A DNA stretch of 64,000 bases from the NCBI RefSeq assembly GCF_006345805.1, contig NC_043010.1, positions 42,222,001-42,286,000 on the forward strand, written 5' to 3'. Numbering within the stretch: position 1 is the first letter of the stretch; each line of letters begins with the position of its first letter. Shown here in pieces: positions 51,463-63,400 of the stretch. Both the position numbers and the translations under genes were made by a program. A model generated the notes under the pieces. It was given only the letters and a program-made list of their open reading frames with translations. It was not told where the DNA came from and did not search any database. This DNA comes from Octopus sinensis (lineage: Eukaryota).

Positions 51463-53710
51463 GTTTTGTTTCATTGGTCCTTTCAACTAACGGTCTTAAG
51501 CATGCAATGAACAAAATTCAGTATAAAATCATCTTGTTATAAAATCGAAGAAAACCTTAAATCAAAGGATAGAGGGTTAATAATTATATGCAAAATATAC
51601 ATATATACACTAAAACGTACAGGCGCGTGTACATAGTTATATACATATGAAGACATATATAGGCGAGACGTAAATATATATATACAAATACATATGTGTG
51701 TGTGTGTGTGGTGTGTGTGTGTGTGTGTGTGTGTGTGTAGGAACACATGCACACGCACAAAACCTCCCGGTGTATGCATTACAGATCAGTTGCTACAGAC
51801 AAAAGAAAGGGAATGTATACATTTCAAAATGCTGCACCCTATTACAATAACGCATTAAGGAAAAGTGGATGCTCGGAGAATATCTAGTATAATCTAGTTA
51901 ATGCTCGCAATAATATGACACGTAGAGCTAGAACTAGGAGAGTTTTGTGATTTAACCCAGCGTTTAATATGGCCGTAAGAACTAATATAGGTAAGGAATT
52001 ATTAAAATTAGTCTCTAAGCATTTTCAATCCAGCCATAAGTTCTGTAGAATATTTAATAGGAGAACGCAGAAGATTAGTTATTCTTGTTGCAAAAACTTC
52101 GCCTCTTTTATTAGCCAACACAATACTAAAATTATTACAGACAACTACGTGCCGAATCTAATCCGAGGAATTGTAACTTCAAAGATGAGACCTGCTGTCC
52201 GTTGGAAGGAAAATGTCTCGAAAAAGGTATTGTCTAGAGAGCTAAAATGCAAATAAAAGGCTCACAAGAATATAAAGCATATCCAGGAGCTTCAGAAAAT
52301 TATTTCAAGACTCGATTCCATCCCTACCGAAATTCCTTCAGGCACCCCGTAAACAGGACAGCGACTAGTCTTGCAAAGCATGTCTGGGAATTGAAAGAGA
52401 ATGAAATCCGTCCTTTCAATGTAATCTGGAAAATCCAAGATAAAGCATCAGCTTACAGACATGGAGCTTATAAAAAATTTATGAAATGTGATCTTTACTT
52501 TACGGAGAAGTTCTTTATCCTGTTCCAGGATAAAAACGCTCTGAACCAGGGACGCAAGTGCATAACAAAATCTAAAATGGCACATAATAAAATTTTAAAT
52601 GTCAGCCGACAAAATACCATATGGGTAATATATTTTGACTTTCGAAATATTTTCGACTGCCGCTTTTAAATTTGTCTTTACAGTGTATGATTATTTCGCA
52701 TCGCAACGATATAGAATATATTTCGACTTATTCTTTAAGAAAACCTTTACTGTTTTACAAATTTAATTTCAAGCTTAAGCTTTGCCGAAGTTCATTTTTA
52801 TTATTTTATTTTATTTTATTTTACACAGGTATTAAATTATTATATCAAATTTACATATAATTTCACATATGGTGCAGCATTTTGAAATGCTGTCTCATCT
52901 GAATTTTAATATTATACACGTCGAGCAGCTTCTTAAAATTTGTCTGTATATGTGCGATATGATGTAGACATGTCACTATATATTTATATTTATGTGTATG
53001 TTTGTATGTATGTATTGTAGATATGCACATGCATGCGTACGTATACATTTGCGTATGTGTATGTGTGTAAGTATATGTGTATGTATATATATATATATAT
53101 GTAATTTTACGCGTGCGTTGGTTGCGCAAAATTTATTAAGTACCTTTCCCTGCTCGCTACTTTGGTAGCGTCTTTACGTAACGCCTTATTCCTTACCTTT
53201 TTCTCCCGCTTCTCTCGTTATAGCGCTATACTTTTTCTGTTTCACTTTCATTTTCTGTTTTTCTTTTTCTCTTCCACCTCCCTTTGCTTAATGCATACTT
53301 TCCCTATCTTTCGTCTGTAATAACTGACCTGCATATGCATACACCGGGAGATTTTGTATTTGTTTATACATTTATGTCTCGGCCATATATGTCTATATAT
53401 GTATATAACTAATTACATGCGTCTGTACGTTTTAGTGTATATATGTATATTATAGATGATTTAGTATGTGAATAGGCTGCTAAATTCATATGTAATCCAG
53501 CGTGAAAATTTTTAATTGTTAATTTTTAATCTGATATAACTTTATTGTATTAATTGATTTATATTTTGCATATAATTATTTACCCTATGTGTTTAGACTC
53601 TGTCCTTTGATTGAAGGTTTTTATTCGGTTTTATAACAAGATGATTTTATTCTGAATTTTGTTCATTGCATGCTTAAGACCGTTAGTTGAAGACACCGAT
53701 GAAACAAAAC
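51463..53710 (+). mobile_element. 5'-truncated Penelope-like element with an inverted copy of its 3' region at the 5' junction
   Basis: 51463-51823 is the reverse complement of 53290-53710 (with one internal deletion and a TG insertion); the ORF relic starts immediately at 51824. Confidence 0.8.
51824..52620 (+). pseudogene. PLE C-terminal RT/linker/GIY-YIG coding relic
   Basis: NAAPYYNNALRKSG, VL*FNPAF..VRTNIGKELLKLVSKHF, IFNRRTQKISYSC, CNF..CCPLEGKCLEKGIV, YFKTRF, SLAKHVWELKE, KCDLYFTEK; stops and frameshifts. Confidence 0.9.
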
Positions 53711-53778
53711 CATTTTCAAATGTGTATCCGTTAAACTAATTTATGTTTGCTCACAACCTTCTGTTCCGTTCTAAACAA

Positions 53779-53820
53779 AACTCTCTGACGAACGGGAACG
53801 TGAAACTCTACGTAACAGTC
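53779..53820 (+). ncRNA. Near-intact type I hammerhead
   Basis: aactct-CTGACGA-acg-ggaa-cgt-GAAAC-tctac-GTA-acagtc; core intact, stem I pairs 4 of 6. Host element 53760-53915 is homologous to 60869-61045. Confidence 0.6.
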
Positions 53821-53935
53821 TTTGTGGTATCTCTGCTTCTTTTCAATAAAGCATATTACTCTACCTCTGGTATTCGAGTACTATTTTTCTACCTTGTTTC
53901 GCATTTATGTGCTTACTCCGATATGTGTATATATA

Positions 53936-53995
<60 letters not shown>

Positions 53996-54001
53996 CCTAA
54001 A

Positions 54002-54162
54002 AATATATTTGCCAACTAAATGTGGCGGTCCTATAGAGGACGGTGTTACTGTTGTTTTTAACCCCAGTAAGACATCTCCTTCAGCTGGCCAATGACACAG
54101 TCTCTGTCCAATTAGTATTTGCAAGGGAGATCATCGCTCCCATCTCTAGCCTTACGTGATAC
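54002..54162 (+). mobile_element. Half copy of the palindromic MITE at 54358-54640
   Basis: Direct repeat of 54358-54516, ending at the same gtgatac. Confidence 0.85.
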
Positions 54163-54357
54163 ACACAGACCCGAATTTCTGGGCAGTTACCCGACTTCAG
54201 TGTGTGTTGATCAGAAGCTAGTGATGAAGAACTCATTCCACTCGCAAAATACTATATCCTTTTTCTAGCGACACACTTTCGTTAATCTCGTAAAATGTGG
54301 CGTAAGTTATATTAAATCTCTGAGCGAGAGATAAACAGTAATAGTACGGAATCGTAG

Positions 54358-54640
54358 AATATATTTGCCAACGAAATGTGGCGTTCCAATAGAGGACGGT
54401 GTTACTTTCTTTTAGCCCCAGGAAGACATCTCCTCTAGCTGGCCAACGACACAGTATGTATCCGAAAACTATTTGCGAGGGAAGTCATCGCTCTCCTCTC
54501 TACCCTTATGTGATACCTTCCTCGCAAATAGTAACCGGACACAGACTGTGTGTCGTTGGCCAGCTGGAGATGTCTTCCTGAGGCTAAAAATAACATTAAC
54601 ACCGTCCTCTATAGGACCGCTGCATTTAGTTGGCAAAAAC
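54358..54640. mobile_element. Palindromic MITE (about 125-bp arms), family of 3474-3627
   Basis: 54358-54484 pairs with 54517-54640. Confidence 0.85.
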
Positions 54641-55390
54641 AGTGCTCTTTGAATGGAGTCCTTTACACAGAATTATAGGCACCCCTGTTTCACAGTCACC
54701 AATTAAAATATATGTTGGACCGGTAACTAGGCCACAAGGAACCTTTTACGCTGATGTTCAATGGATGCGAGATCAAATCAAAACTAAAATCAAATACTCT
54801 TCCCTACAAAAATGTTGTTCACTTGCCAGTTAGTGTTTCTCATTTTCTTTTGTATTTAAAGCTGTGATATGACACCCGTGTTTATTTACTCACTGATACT
54901 TGTACACCTACAGGCAGTCGTAAACAGAGGTAGTTTGCCTGTTCCAAGAAACACAAGCTACTTAATATTAGGAAAAATGCATCTCTACTTAATGGATTAT
55001 ATCCAAAGCTAGATTATCTTGCAATAACTTTGATAAAACCACAGAAAACATTTATCTGCCAACATAAATATATCAGTGAAAAATAAATCGATGTTGTTGT
55101 TGTTGCGGTGTCAAACAGTTATCATCCAGCCATTGTTAGAGCTTTAATATATTCAAATATACATACATCCAGTCATGTCCCTTATAAGGCAGCAGATTGG
55201 GATTTGAGGAACATTAGTTACTATTTCTAACAGACCATACAAAATACGTACACTTCATGACCTTGCGACCAGAAGTGTATATTCTGTATTAATTATACTG
55301 ATTAATGATGAACTCACTTAAACTCGACATTATCAAAACAGAGGACCAACCCTTTCCTCAAGATTTTGCAGGTATTTAAGCTCGCAGAAT

Positions 55391-55529
55391 TCTGAGTTCA
55401 AATTCTGCCGATATCGACTGTCTTTCCTCCTTTCGGGGTCGGTGAAATAACAGCTGAGCACTGGGGTCGATGCAACCAATTTACTCCCTCTGAAAATTCT
55501 TGACTCTGTGCCAAAATTTGAAACCAATA
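55391..55529 (+). mobile_element. SINE family A, 5'-truncated
   Basis: ttctgagttcaaattctgccga..cctttcggggtcg..gtgccaaaatttgaaaccaa. Confidence 0.8.
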
Positions 55530-55567
55530 TTTTATAAGCAATACACACACACACGCATACACACATT

Positions 55568-55697
55568 TTTATCGTTTATCTTTTACCTGTTTCAGTCATT
55601 AGAGCGCGGCCATGCTGTGGAACCGCCTTGAATCTTTTTTTTTAGCCGAATGAATCGGCCTCAGTACTTATTTTTTAAGCCTGGTACATATTCTAAT
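55568..55697 (-). mobile_element. SINE family B 3' tail
   Basis: ttttacctgtttcagtcatt..gcggccatgctg. Confidence 0.75.
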
Positions 55698-56645
55698 AAG
55701 ATAACCTGATATTCCTTTCTCCAGAGTTTCAATGACGTACGTAAATTGAACTTAAGTGACAAGTGAAGTTAGCGAGCTGGATACTTTTCTCCTGCTACGT
55801 ACATCTTACATGATGCCAAATATATATCAAAATGAACAAGGCTAAAGCATTGTAAGGGAGAATATGATCCAATAGATCGACGTTACTGGAATTTAGTTTA
55901 GGAATATAATTTTGAACTTGGATCGAGAGGCAAGCACCTAATATATAGCGATCTTAGTATCTAGTTTCTAAATCATATATATATAATTTAGAAACTTCGA
56001 GAGACTCGAAATTAATCGTTTCTAACAACTGATAGAGAAATTTAACAACGAATAGAAGAAATTCAAAGGATCGTTTTAGTTCAATTGTTGAACGTTTCAC
56101 ATGATTACAGGAGATGTGGGTTCGAGTTTCATACTCAGCCGTCTACTTCTTCCTTCCAAAGGTTCTTTTTTTTTACCCAGTATTTAGACGCAATTATCTA
56201 TAACTTTATCTCCTTCGAATTACACTATTAAACATTAGTCATTTCATATCTCTCTATGTTTCTAAATTCTTAAACAACATATGAATGTTGGTGGGAAGGA
56301 TAAAGCTTCTAAATTAGTTGGATATATTCTAAGGGTTGGTTTGGTATAGTGTTACAAAGACTATCAGGCTTATAGAAGATGGGGATTCATGTCCCGTTGG
56401 CACCCTTTGACTTCCATTTAAGGGAAGGGGTGGTTATCCAAATCAACTTTATCAATTCTTGCTTTATCTTGGACTTATACCGTTTAAAACGATTATTTTC
56501 TAAATTTTTATACCGTAAACAATACGTGTGTTTGCTTCTATGAATACATGTGTTTGTATTCCTTCTTTCCTGAGCGTCCAATAATACTATATTTGTTCCA
56601 CGTCCTCGCGTTGTTGTGTTTTTTTGTGCTTTCTTTTTTGGATTA

Positions 56646-56705
<60 letters not shown>

Positions 56706-56757
56706 GGGGGGGATGAGTGTGTATGCGTTTGTGCGTTTATGCAAGTATGTAGTTACA

Positions 56758-57411
56758 TGCAAGGTCTGATCAATAAGTATGCGGACTGTTGCCATAGTAA
56801 CGAAGCAAAAGTGCGTAGAGAAAAGCCGCTTGGCACAGATCGACCTTGAACCCTGCTGAGCATGTGCATTGTTCTAGCTCTCTTCTGCTGTTTACAGCAA
56901 TGCCTGGAAGGAAGGTGTGTAGCGTGTGATCGTCGCATTGATCATGACGGGGAAAGTTGTCATGGCGATATCCGCTCAGAATCCAACGCAAAGTTACAGA
57001 AAGTGTATGGGAAGGAGTGTTTGAGCCGCACACAAGTGTAGGAGTGGTTTAGACATTTCCAAGATGGCCGAAGAATTTCGATATTGTCGAACGTTCTAGG
57101 AGAACTGAAAAAAATATCGCAGATGTGCGTGCAGCTGTGAGGGAAAATCGTCGAATCCCCATCCGTGAGTTATCAGAGGCTGTGCAGATTAGTTACCGTT
57201 CAGTTCAGTCCAATATCACTGAAGATTTGGGTATGAGATGAATGTCTGCCAAGTTTACGCCAAAACTGCTTTCAGCTGAGCAAAGAGACACTCAAATTTC
57301 AGTTGCGCAAGATCTTCTTGATTGTGTCGATCTTTGCCAAGCGGCTTTACTCTGCGTGCTCCAGCTTCATTATTATAGCAACAGTTCGGATACTTATTGA
57401 TCAGACACATA
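56758..57411 (+). mobile_element. Mariner derivative with two left ends (81-bp inverted arms)
   Basis: N-terminal transposase blocks (VYGKECLSRTQV.EWF, SAKF.PKLLS); 56764-56844 vs reverse complement of 57326-57406: 68/81 identical, ungapped. Confidence 0.85.
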
Positions 57412-57892
57412 TTTCACGCTACGAATTTTACACAAGTTATATAACTTCCCTCATCCGCCGAGTTTTTCATCAGTGCTCTATTGTATTAACTTTAAATTAC
57501 TTTTTACTGAAGTTTAAAAAAATTGGTTATATTAGTACCGTACTGTAATTAATTTTTTTCTCAAAATTTTCTATTATATTCACTCACTTCTCTCCTCTCC
57601 TTAAATTCGCACCTTTCCTCCTCTCTTTCTCGCTTCTCCAGTTTATTTTAGATTTTTTCTTTCTGTTTTCTTCCTTGAGTTTTTACGCTTTACGTCCCTC
57701 CACGCATTCTTTTTTCCCTCGACAATGAAGGCGTCTTTGTGCCAATGTTGTATTGTAATTATTCTTTTTCCAGTTCGCTTTCATTCTTCTATTAATTCTT
57801 CCTGAACTCACGTTTTTTTATTTTTCATTTTCCCTCGTTCATGTCTTGTTTCTATGTAACACCGTCTCATACCCTTGCAAACACTTCAATCA

Positions 57893-58546
57893 CATCTTCC
57901 ACTGCCATCTTGCCTTTCCATCTTCCATCTTGCCTTTCCATCTTCCATCTTGCTTTTCCATCTTCCATCTTGCCTTTCTATCTTGCCTTTCCATCTTCTA
58001 TTTTGCCTTTCCATCTTCCATCTTGACTTGCCTTTCCATCTTCCATTTTGTCTTTCCATCTTCCATTTTGCCTTTCCATCTTCCATCTTGCCTTTCCATC
58101 TTCCATCTTGCCTTTCTATCTTGCCTTTCCATCTTCTATCTTGCCTTTCCATCTTCCATCTTGACTTGCCTTTCCATCTTCTATTTTGTCTTTCCATCTT
58201 CCATTTTGCCTTTCCATCTTCCATCTTGCCTTTCCATCTTCCATCTTGCCTTTCTATATTGCCTTTCCATCTTCTATCTTGCCTTTCCATCTTCCATCTT
58301 GCTTTGCCTTTCCATCTTCCATTTTGTCTTCCCATCTTCCATCTTGCATCTTGCCTTTCCATCTTCCATCTTGCTTTTCCATCTTCCATCTTGCCTTTCC
58401 ATCTTCAATTTTGCCTTTCCATCTTCCATCTTGCCTTTCTATCTTCCATCTTGCCTTTCTATCTTACCTTTCCATCTTCCATCTTCCATTTTGTCTTTCC
58501 ATCTTCCATCTTGCCTTTCCATCTTCCATCTTGCCTTTCCATCTTG
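57893..58546. repeat. Minisatellite of CCATCTT/GCCTTT units (20-bp core) with 138-bp higher-order period
   Basis: Variant marker gacttgcc/gctttgcc recurs at 58025, 58163 and 58301. Confidence 0.92.
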
Positions 58547-59138
58547 CACCAGCTCTCACCGTCTTACTTCCACGCTTTCCTCACGCACACACACACACAC
58601 ACATACACACACGCACAAAAACAAACACACACACGCGCGCATGCAAAACGATTACACAAACACCAACGCCTCACACTGCTACTAAACCATGCCACTATAA
58701 TTCTGCACTTCCACACCTGTACACATGTACATAAACCACTCGCCCCTTAAAACTATCTGAAAATACAGATACACACTCTTATATGTTTACTCACCTGCCC
58801 AATCCTCACGTTTTAATTCCCCCACAGAACCACATTTCGACCTTGCGCATAGTTTTTCGGTCATCTTTTTTATTTCCTTCAACATTTTCCCTATTTCACT
58901 CTCCTCCTAATGCTTTTCTGATGAATGGCTAACACCCGAAACGCTGCGACTCTTTCCCTTCTTTGTGTTAACCCCCAATATTGTCTTTTTCTTTTTTGTA
59001 CATTACATTTCAAATACGTCTGTGTTATTGTGAGTACATCTATTGTAATTTCATCCTTTGTTATTAAGTTTGAGTTTGAGTTTTACAATGACTATATGCA
59101 GAAAAAAACATTACACACACACACATGTAGTATGTAGG

Positions 59139-59188
<50 letters not shown>

Positions 59189-59869
59189 TGTGTGTACATA
59201 TACATTTATGCACGTACGTATTTGTGTGCATATGTGTGTGTGTGTGTATTTATGTATGTATATACGTGTGTGAATGAATACATGCATCTATGTTTGTATT
59301 CATGTATGCATGCAGACGAATTACTGAGACAGGTTCATGATTCTTCGGTGAATACCGTTCTGACATTCGTGTTAACGGGGGATTAAAACAAAACCCAGCG
59401 ATGAAAGCGTTTACATTTCAATAATCTTCTCATCTACTCTGGCAGATTAGTAACAGAAACTTAACATGTATTAATGATAGCTGTGTTGTTAAGATTAAAT
59501 CGTTACATTTCTTAATCAACTGCTGAAATATGACACGTTGTCAAAATTACGATTCTCGGATGTAAGGGAAGTAACTGATAGAGAATCACCTTAACAAGAA
59601 CTACTCAATAAAATTTTATTAAATTAGTTTTTGCCTGGAGATGAAGGGGGAAACAGAAACGCTACTTTCTAAAAGTTCGGGTTTAGAATAGCATATAGTT
59701 TCATAGGGAGACAAAAATGGCAATAACAATACGTATGAATGTATATATATATATAATATATATATATATATAGTATATATATATATATATACATACATAC
59801 ATACACACACATACATACATACATACATACATACATACATACATACATACATACATACACACATACACA

Positions 59870-60106
59870 CAGCGGGGTGCAAAAGTAGGTATACAAATAC
59901 TTAATTCATTAAAATTATTAACACATTAAATTAGTTAGCCTCATTTTTGATATTTTCAGTGTCATTAGTTTTAATAATACATTTATCACAACTATAATAA
60001 TAATTTTATCGTAACTTTTAATTTTTTTTTTTTGATAAAAAAATAAATGAGTATTATATGTGTTTTCTTTTTTTCATAACTGTATAATTACTTTTGCATC
60101 AACCTG
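59870..60106. mobile_element. Tc1/mariner-type MITE
   Basis: cagcggggtgcaaaagtaggtataca / tgtataattacttttgcatcaacctg termini; TA at the right flank. Confidence 0.75.
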
Positions 60107-60171
60107 TATATATAAAGGCATATAGAAATTGCTCGCTGCAGACACCTAGCTATAATAACGCGCCAAATCCG

Positions 60172-60400
60172 TTACAGGCGTGGCTGTATCACAAGACGTT
60201 AGCTTCCCAATTACGCCGTTCAGTGTTCGGTCCCACTGCGAGCGACTTGGGACAAATGTCTTTTGTTATAGCCACAGTCTGACGACCACAGCTTTGTGAG
60301 CAGATTTGGTTGACGGAGACTGAAAAAAGCCTGTCGTGTATATATATATATATATGTATGTATATATATATATTATATATATATATATATATATAATATG

Positions 60401-60431
<31 letters not shown>

Positions 60432-60604
60432 TATATATATATATTATATATATATATATATATTATATATATATATATGTATATATATGTATATATATAT
60501 GTATATATATATATATGTATATATATATACATACATATATATATATATAGAGATAGATACATACATACATACATACATACATACATACATAATATATACA
60601 TAAT

Positions 60605-60645
<41 letters not shown>

Positions 60646-60792
60646 TGTGTGTGTGTACGTTTGTCCCCCACCACCTCTTCACAACCGTTACTGGTGTGTT
60701 TACGTTCCCGTTTCTTGAGGATCGGCAAAAAAGACTGATAGAATAGATACCAGGCTTAAACATGACTGAAACAAGTAAAAGATAGAAGATAT
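60172..60792 (+). mobile_element. SINE family B with about 320-bp internal microsatellite expansion
   Basis: Head and body at 60172-60335 and 3' part at 60655-60792, separated by (TA)n/(TACA)n. Confidence 0.85.
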
Positions 60793-60813
60793 ATACACAC
60801 ATTCCTACACACA

Positions 60814-60852
<39 letters not shown>

Positions 60853-60868
60853 CTTTATTATTAAAGTT

Positions 60869-61045
60869 GTGATCCATTCCGGATCACAACAGCCCGATGA
60901 ACGGGACCGTAAAACTCTGAGGAGCAGTCTTTTGTGACATTTTTGTGATGCTTTGCAGCTTTAATAATAAAGCATATTACTCTATCTCCGGTATTCGAGT
61001 ACTATTTTTTCCCATCTCGTTTCACACCTATGTGCTTACTTTGGT
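60869..61045 (+). mobile_element. Second copy of the 53760-53915 element with decayed hammerhead
   Basis: CCGATGA-acgg-ga-ccgt-AAAAC-tctga-GGA-gcagtc and shared aataaagcatattactcta..ggtattcgagtactatttt; TA-flanked. Confidence 0.75.
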
Positions 61046-61046
61046 A

Positions 61047-61100
<54 letters not shown>

Positions 61101-62070
61101 TGGACATGTAGTTACACATTATCAGTTCATTCATACTTACATTAGTTCGACCGATTCACTCACTATAGCCCTCTTCATCCAATTTTACGTACTTGGTTCA
61201 GTCCGAGCATTCATTTGTGTCTATTATACACCATTTTCTGACGTCGGGCCTAATATATATATAGATATATAGATATATGGGAAAAAAAAGAGTCAAGCTA
61301 GAAAATGCTAAAATAATTTTATAAAAAACATTTCAGTACCGGTTTTCAGTCATTGAGACTTTTTCAACTTTAAGTATGGAAAACAATTAAATTTAGAAAA
61401 ATCAAAGTTTTTTAAAAATAATATTTGTATAGTGTTCAAATACAAGTGGCATTTTCCTTGTTTCTGCCTGTCTCTGTCTCTCTTGTTTACTCTTGTGGGT
61501 TCGAGGTCGTTGTGTATGTGTGTGTGTGTCTGTGTGTGTGTGTGTGTGTACACATAAATAAGCATACTCACATGTCGATAAATATATATATAGATATGTG
61601 GACATTTACTAAGTTTTTAATGCTTCTAATCATTGGACTATGGCTATAGCGCACTATCATTGTCAAGGTTTTTTTCGCAGTTATATTTGCCCCAGTCATC
61701 ATCGCAGTCTGTTATCTATGCTAATGATATCAATTTATTTGTTTATCTACTTATTAGGAGATTAAACTATTACCTATGGGGGTACAAGATTGAAAATAAA
61801 ACCACTCTGTTTTACGCTTTAACAGATATGCGCGCACACATACTCTCTCTTAATGTCTCCCACACATTGAGACGTACACGCACACATCACACTCACACAC
61901 ATGATTTTGGGGTGTCTTGATATTTTACATATATTGAGTGATTAAACGTAATCTAATGCAGATAGTTCATATAAGTCAGTGGAGTCGCACAACAAAATGT
62001 GTGCATGTGTGTACGTGCGTGTCTGCATATGTAATGCCTCGGTACTTGCCCTAATATCGCCAGCCATATT

Positions 62071-62121
<51 letters not shown>

Positions 62122-62615
62122 TTCAAATTTAATGTGATGACATCATTAATGTGACTAAGTGTCTTGCTATTACAAATGTCTCAAATCCATAATCCTGCAT
62201 TCAGATTTTCACTGACTGATATTTCAATACGACATCTCTTCGCTTTTTCACCAACCACAACTTAAATTAACTTGCGGAAGCCTGGATCCTCTTTCTTCGA
62301 TTGAACATCTATAAATAGCTGAAGATTTCTTCCTCTGCCTAACTGAATCTATGTATGACGTCCCATCATCCTCTCACTATTTGTTTTCTATAATTATGTC
62401 ACACGCAAACACTATTAATGAAAATAAATGTTTTCTTCCTCGTTTTACACAGATTTTCAACATGTTTCTCACGCACTTCTCTTTGAATGAACAATTTTTG
62501 CCCGCCATGCCAATAATTATTTACCTCTCTCGAATTCTACCTGCATGGATATTTTTATCGTTATGCGGTTCCTTAACTTTCCCATTTAAGAGTTAATATT
62601 TCGTCCATTAAATGT

Positions 62616-62871
62616 GGTGAGCTTGCAGAATCGTTAGCATGCCGAGAAAGATGCTTGGCGCCCTTTTGTCCGTCTTTACGTTTTTAATTCAAATTCAACC
62701 GAGGTCGACTTTGTCTTTCATCAATGAAAATCGATTACATTGACCCAGTGCTCAACAGATATTTATTTTATTGACACTGAATAGATGAAAGGCAAAGTCA
62801 ACCTCGGCGAAATTTGAACTCAGAACGTAAAGACCCGATGTAAATGCTCGTCCGATTCTGTCAGCTCGCCG
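62616..62871. mobile_element. Tail-to-tail inverted pair of family A SINE fragments
   Basis: 62673-62722 pairs with 62784-62833; heads at 62616 (+) and 62871 (-). Confidence 0.8.
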
Positions 62872-62998
62872 TATACGTGTTGATAGGACCTATGCACACG
62901 ATGTTCTCTTTGCCACACCTGTCACATGTATAGAGAAAGCGTTTCAGTTCATGATAGAAAGAACAGTATCAAAATTAGGTTATATTTTTTCGAAGTGT

Positions 62999-63400
62999 GG
63001 CGGCGAGCTGGGCACGCCGGGCAAAATGCTTAGCAGTATTTCATCTGCCTTTACGTTCTGAGTTCAAATTCCACCGAGGTCGACTTTGCCTTTCATCCCT
63101 TCTGGGTCGATTAAATAAGTAACAGTTACGCACTGGGGTCGATATAATCGACTTAATCCGTTTGTCTGTCCTTGTTTGTCCTCTCTGTGTTTAGCCCCAT
63201 GTGGATAGTAAAGAAATAGGTATTTCGTTGTCGTTACGTTCTGAGTTCAAATTCCGCCGAGGTCGACTTTGCCTTTCGTCATCTCGGGGTCGATAAATAA
63301 AGTACCAGTTGCGCACTGGGTCGATGTAATCGACTTAATCTCTTTGTCTGTCCTTGTTTGTCCTCTCTATGTTTAGCCCCTTGTGAGTAGTAAAGAAATA
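62999..63400 (+). mobile_element. SINE family A tandem dimer with 18-bp TSD
   Basis: tatattttttcgaagtgt at 62981-62998 and 63401-63418 flanks both units; junction aaagaaata|ggtatttcg at 63218/63219. Confidence 0.92.

Noticed and set aside
57846-58750. 279-, 291-, 182- and 167-aa ORFs as a real repeat protein
   Set aside because: They are open only because the minisatellite units lack stop codons; several overlapping frames are open at once.
58789-58885. Minus-strand ATG-to-CAG|GTGAGT mini-exon (MLKEIKKMTEKLCARSKCGSVGELKREDWA)
   Set aside because: Lies in low-complexity, probably element-derived sequence, opposite to the other exon candidates, with no partner exon.
58918-58950. CTGATGA..cccGAAAC hammerhead-like motif
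   Set aside because: Stem II has only 2 pairs, there is no NUH triplet in position and no stem I; at most a very decayed relic.
61335-61368. Minus-strand agtc-tcaat-gact-GAAAACCGGTA resembling the 3' half of a hammerhead
   Set aside because: No CUGANGA core (reads gttgaaaa); cannot be called a ribozyme.
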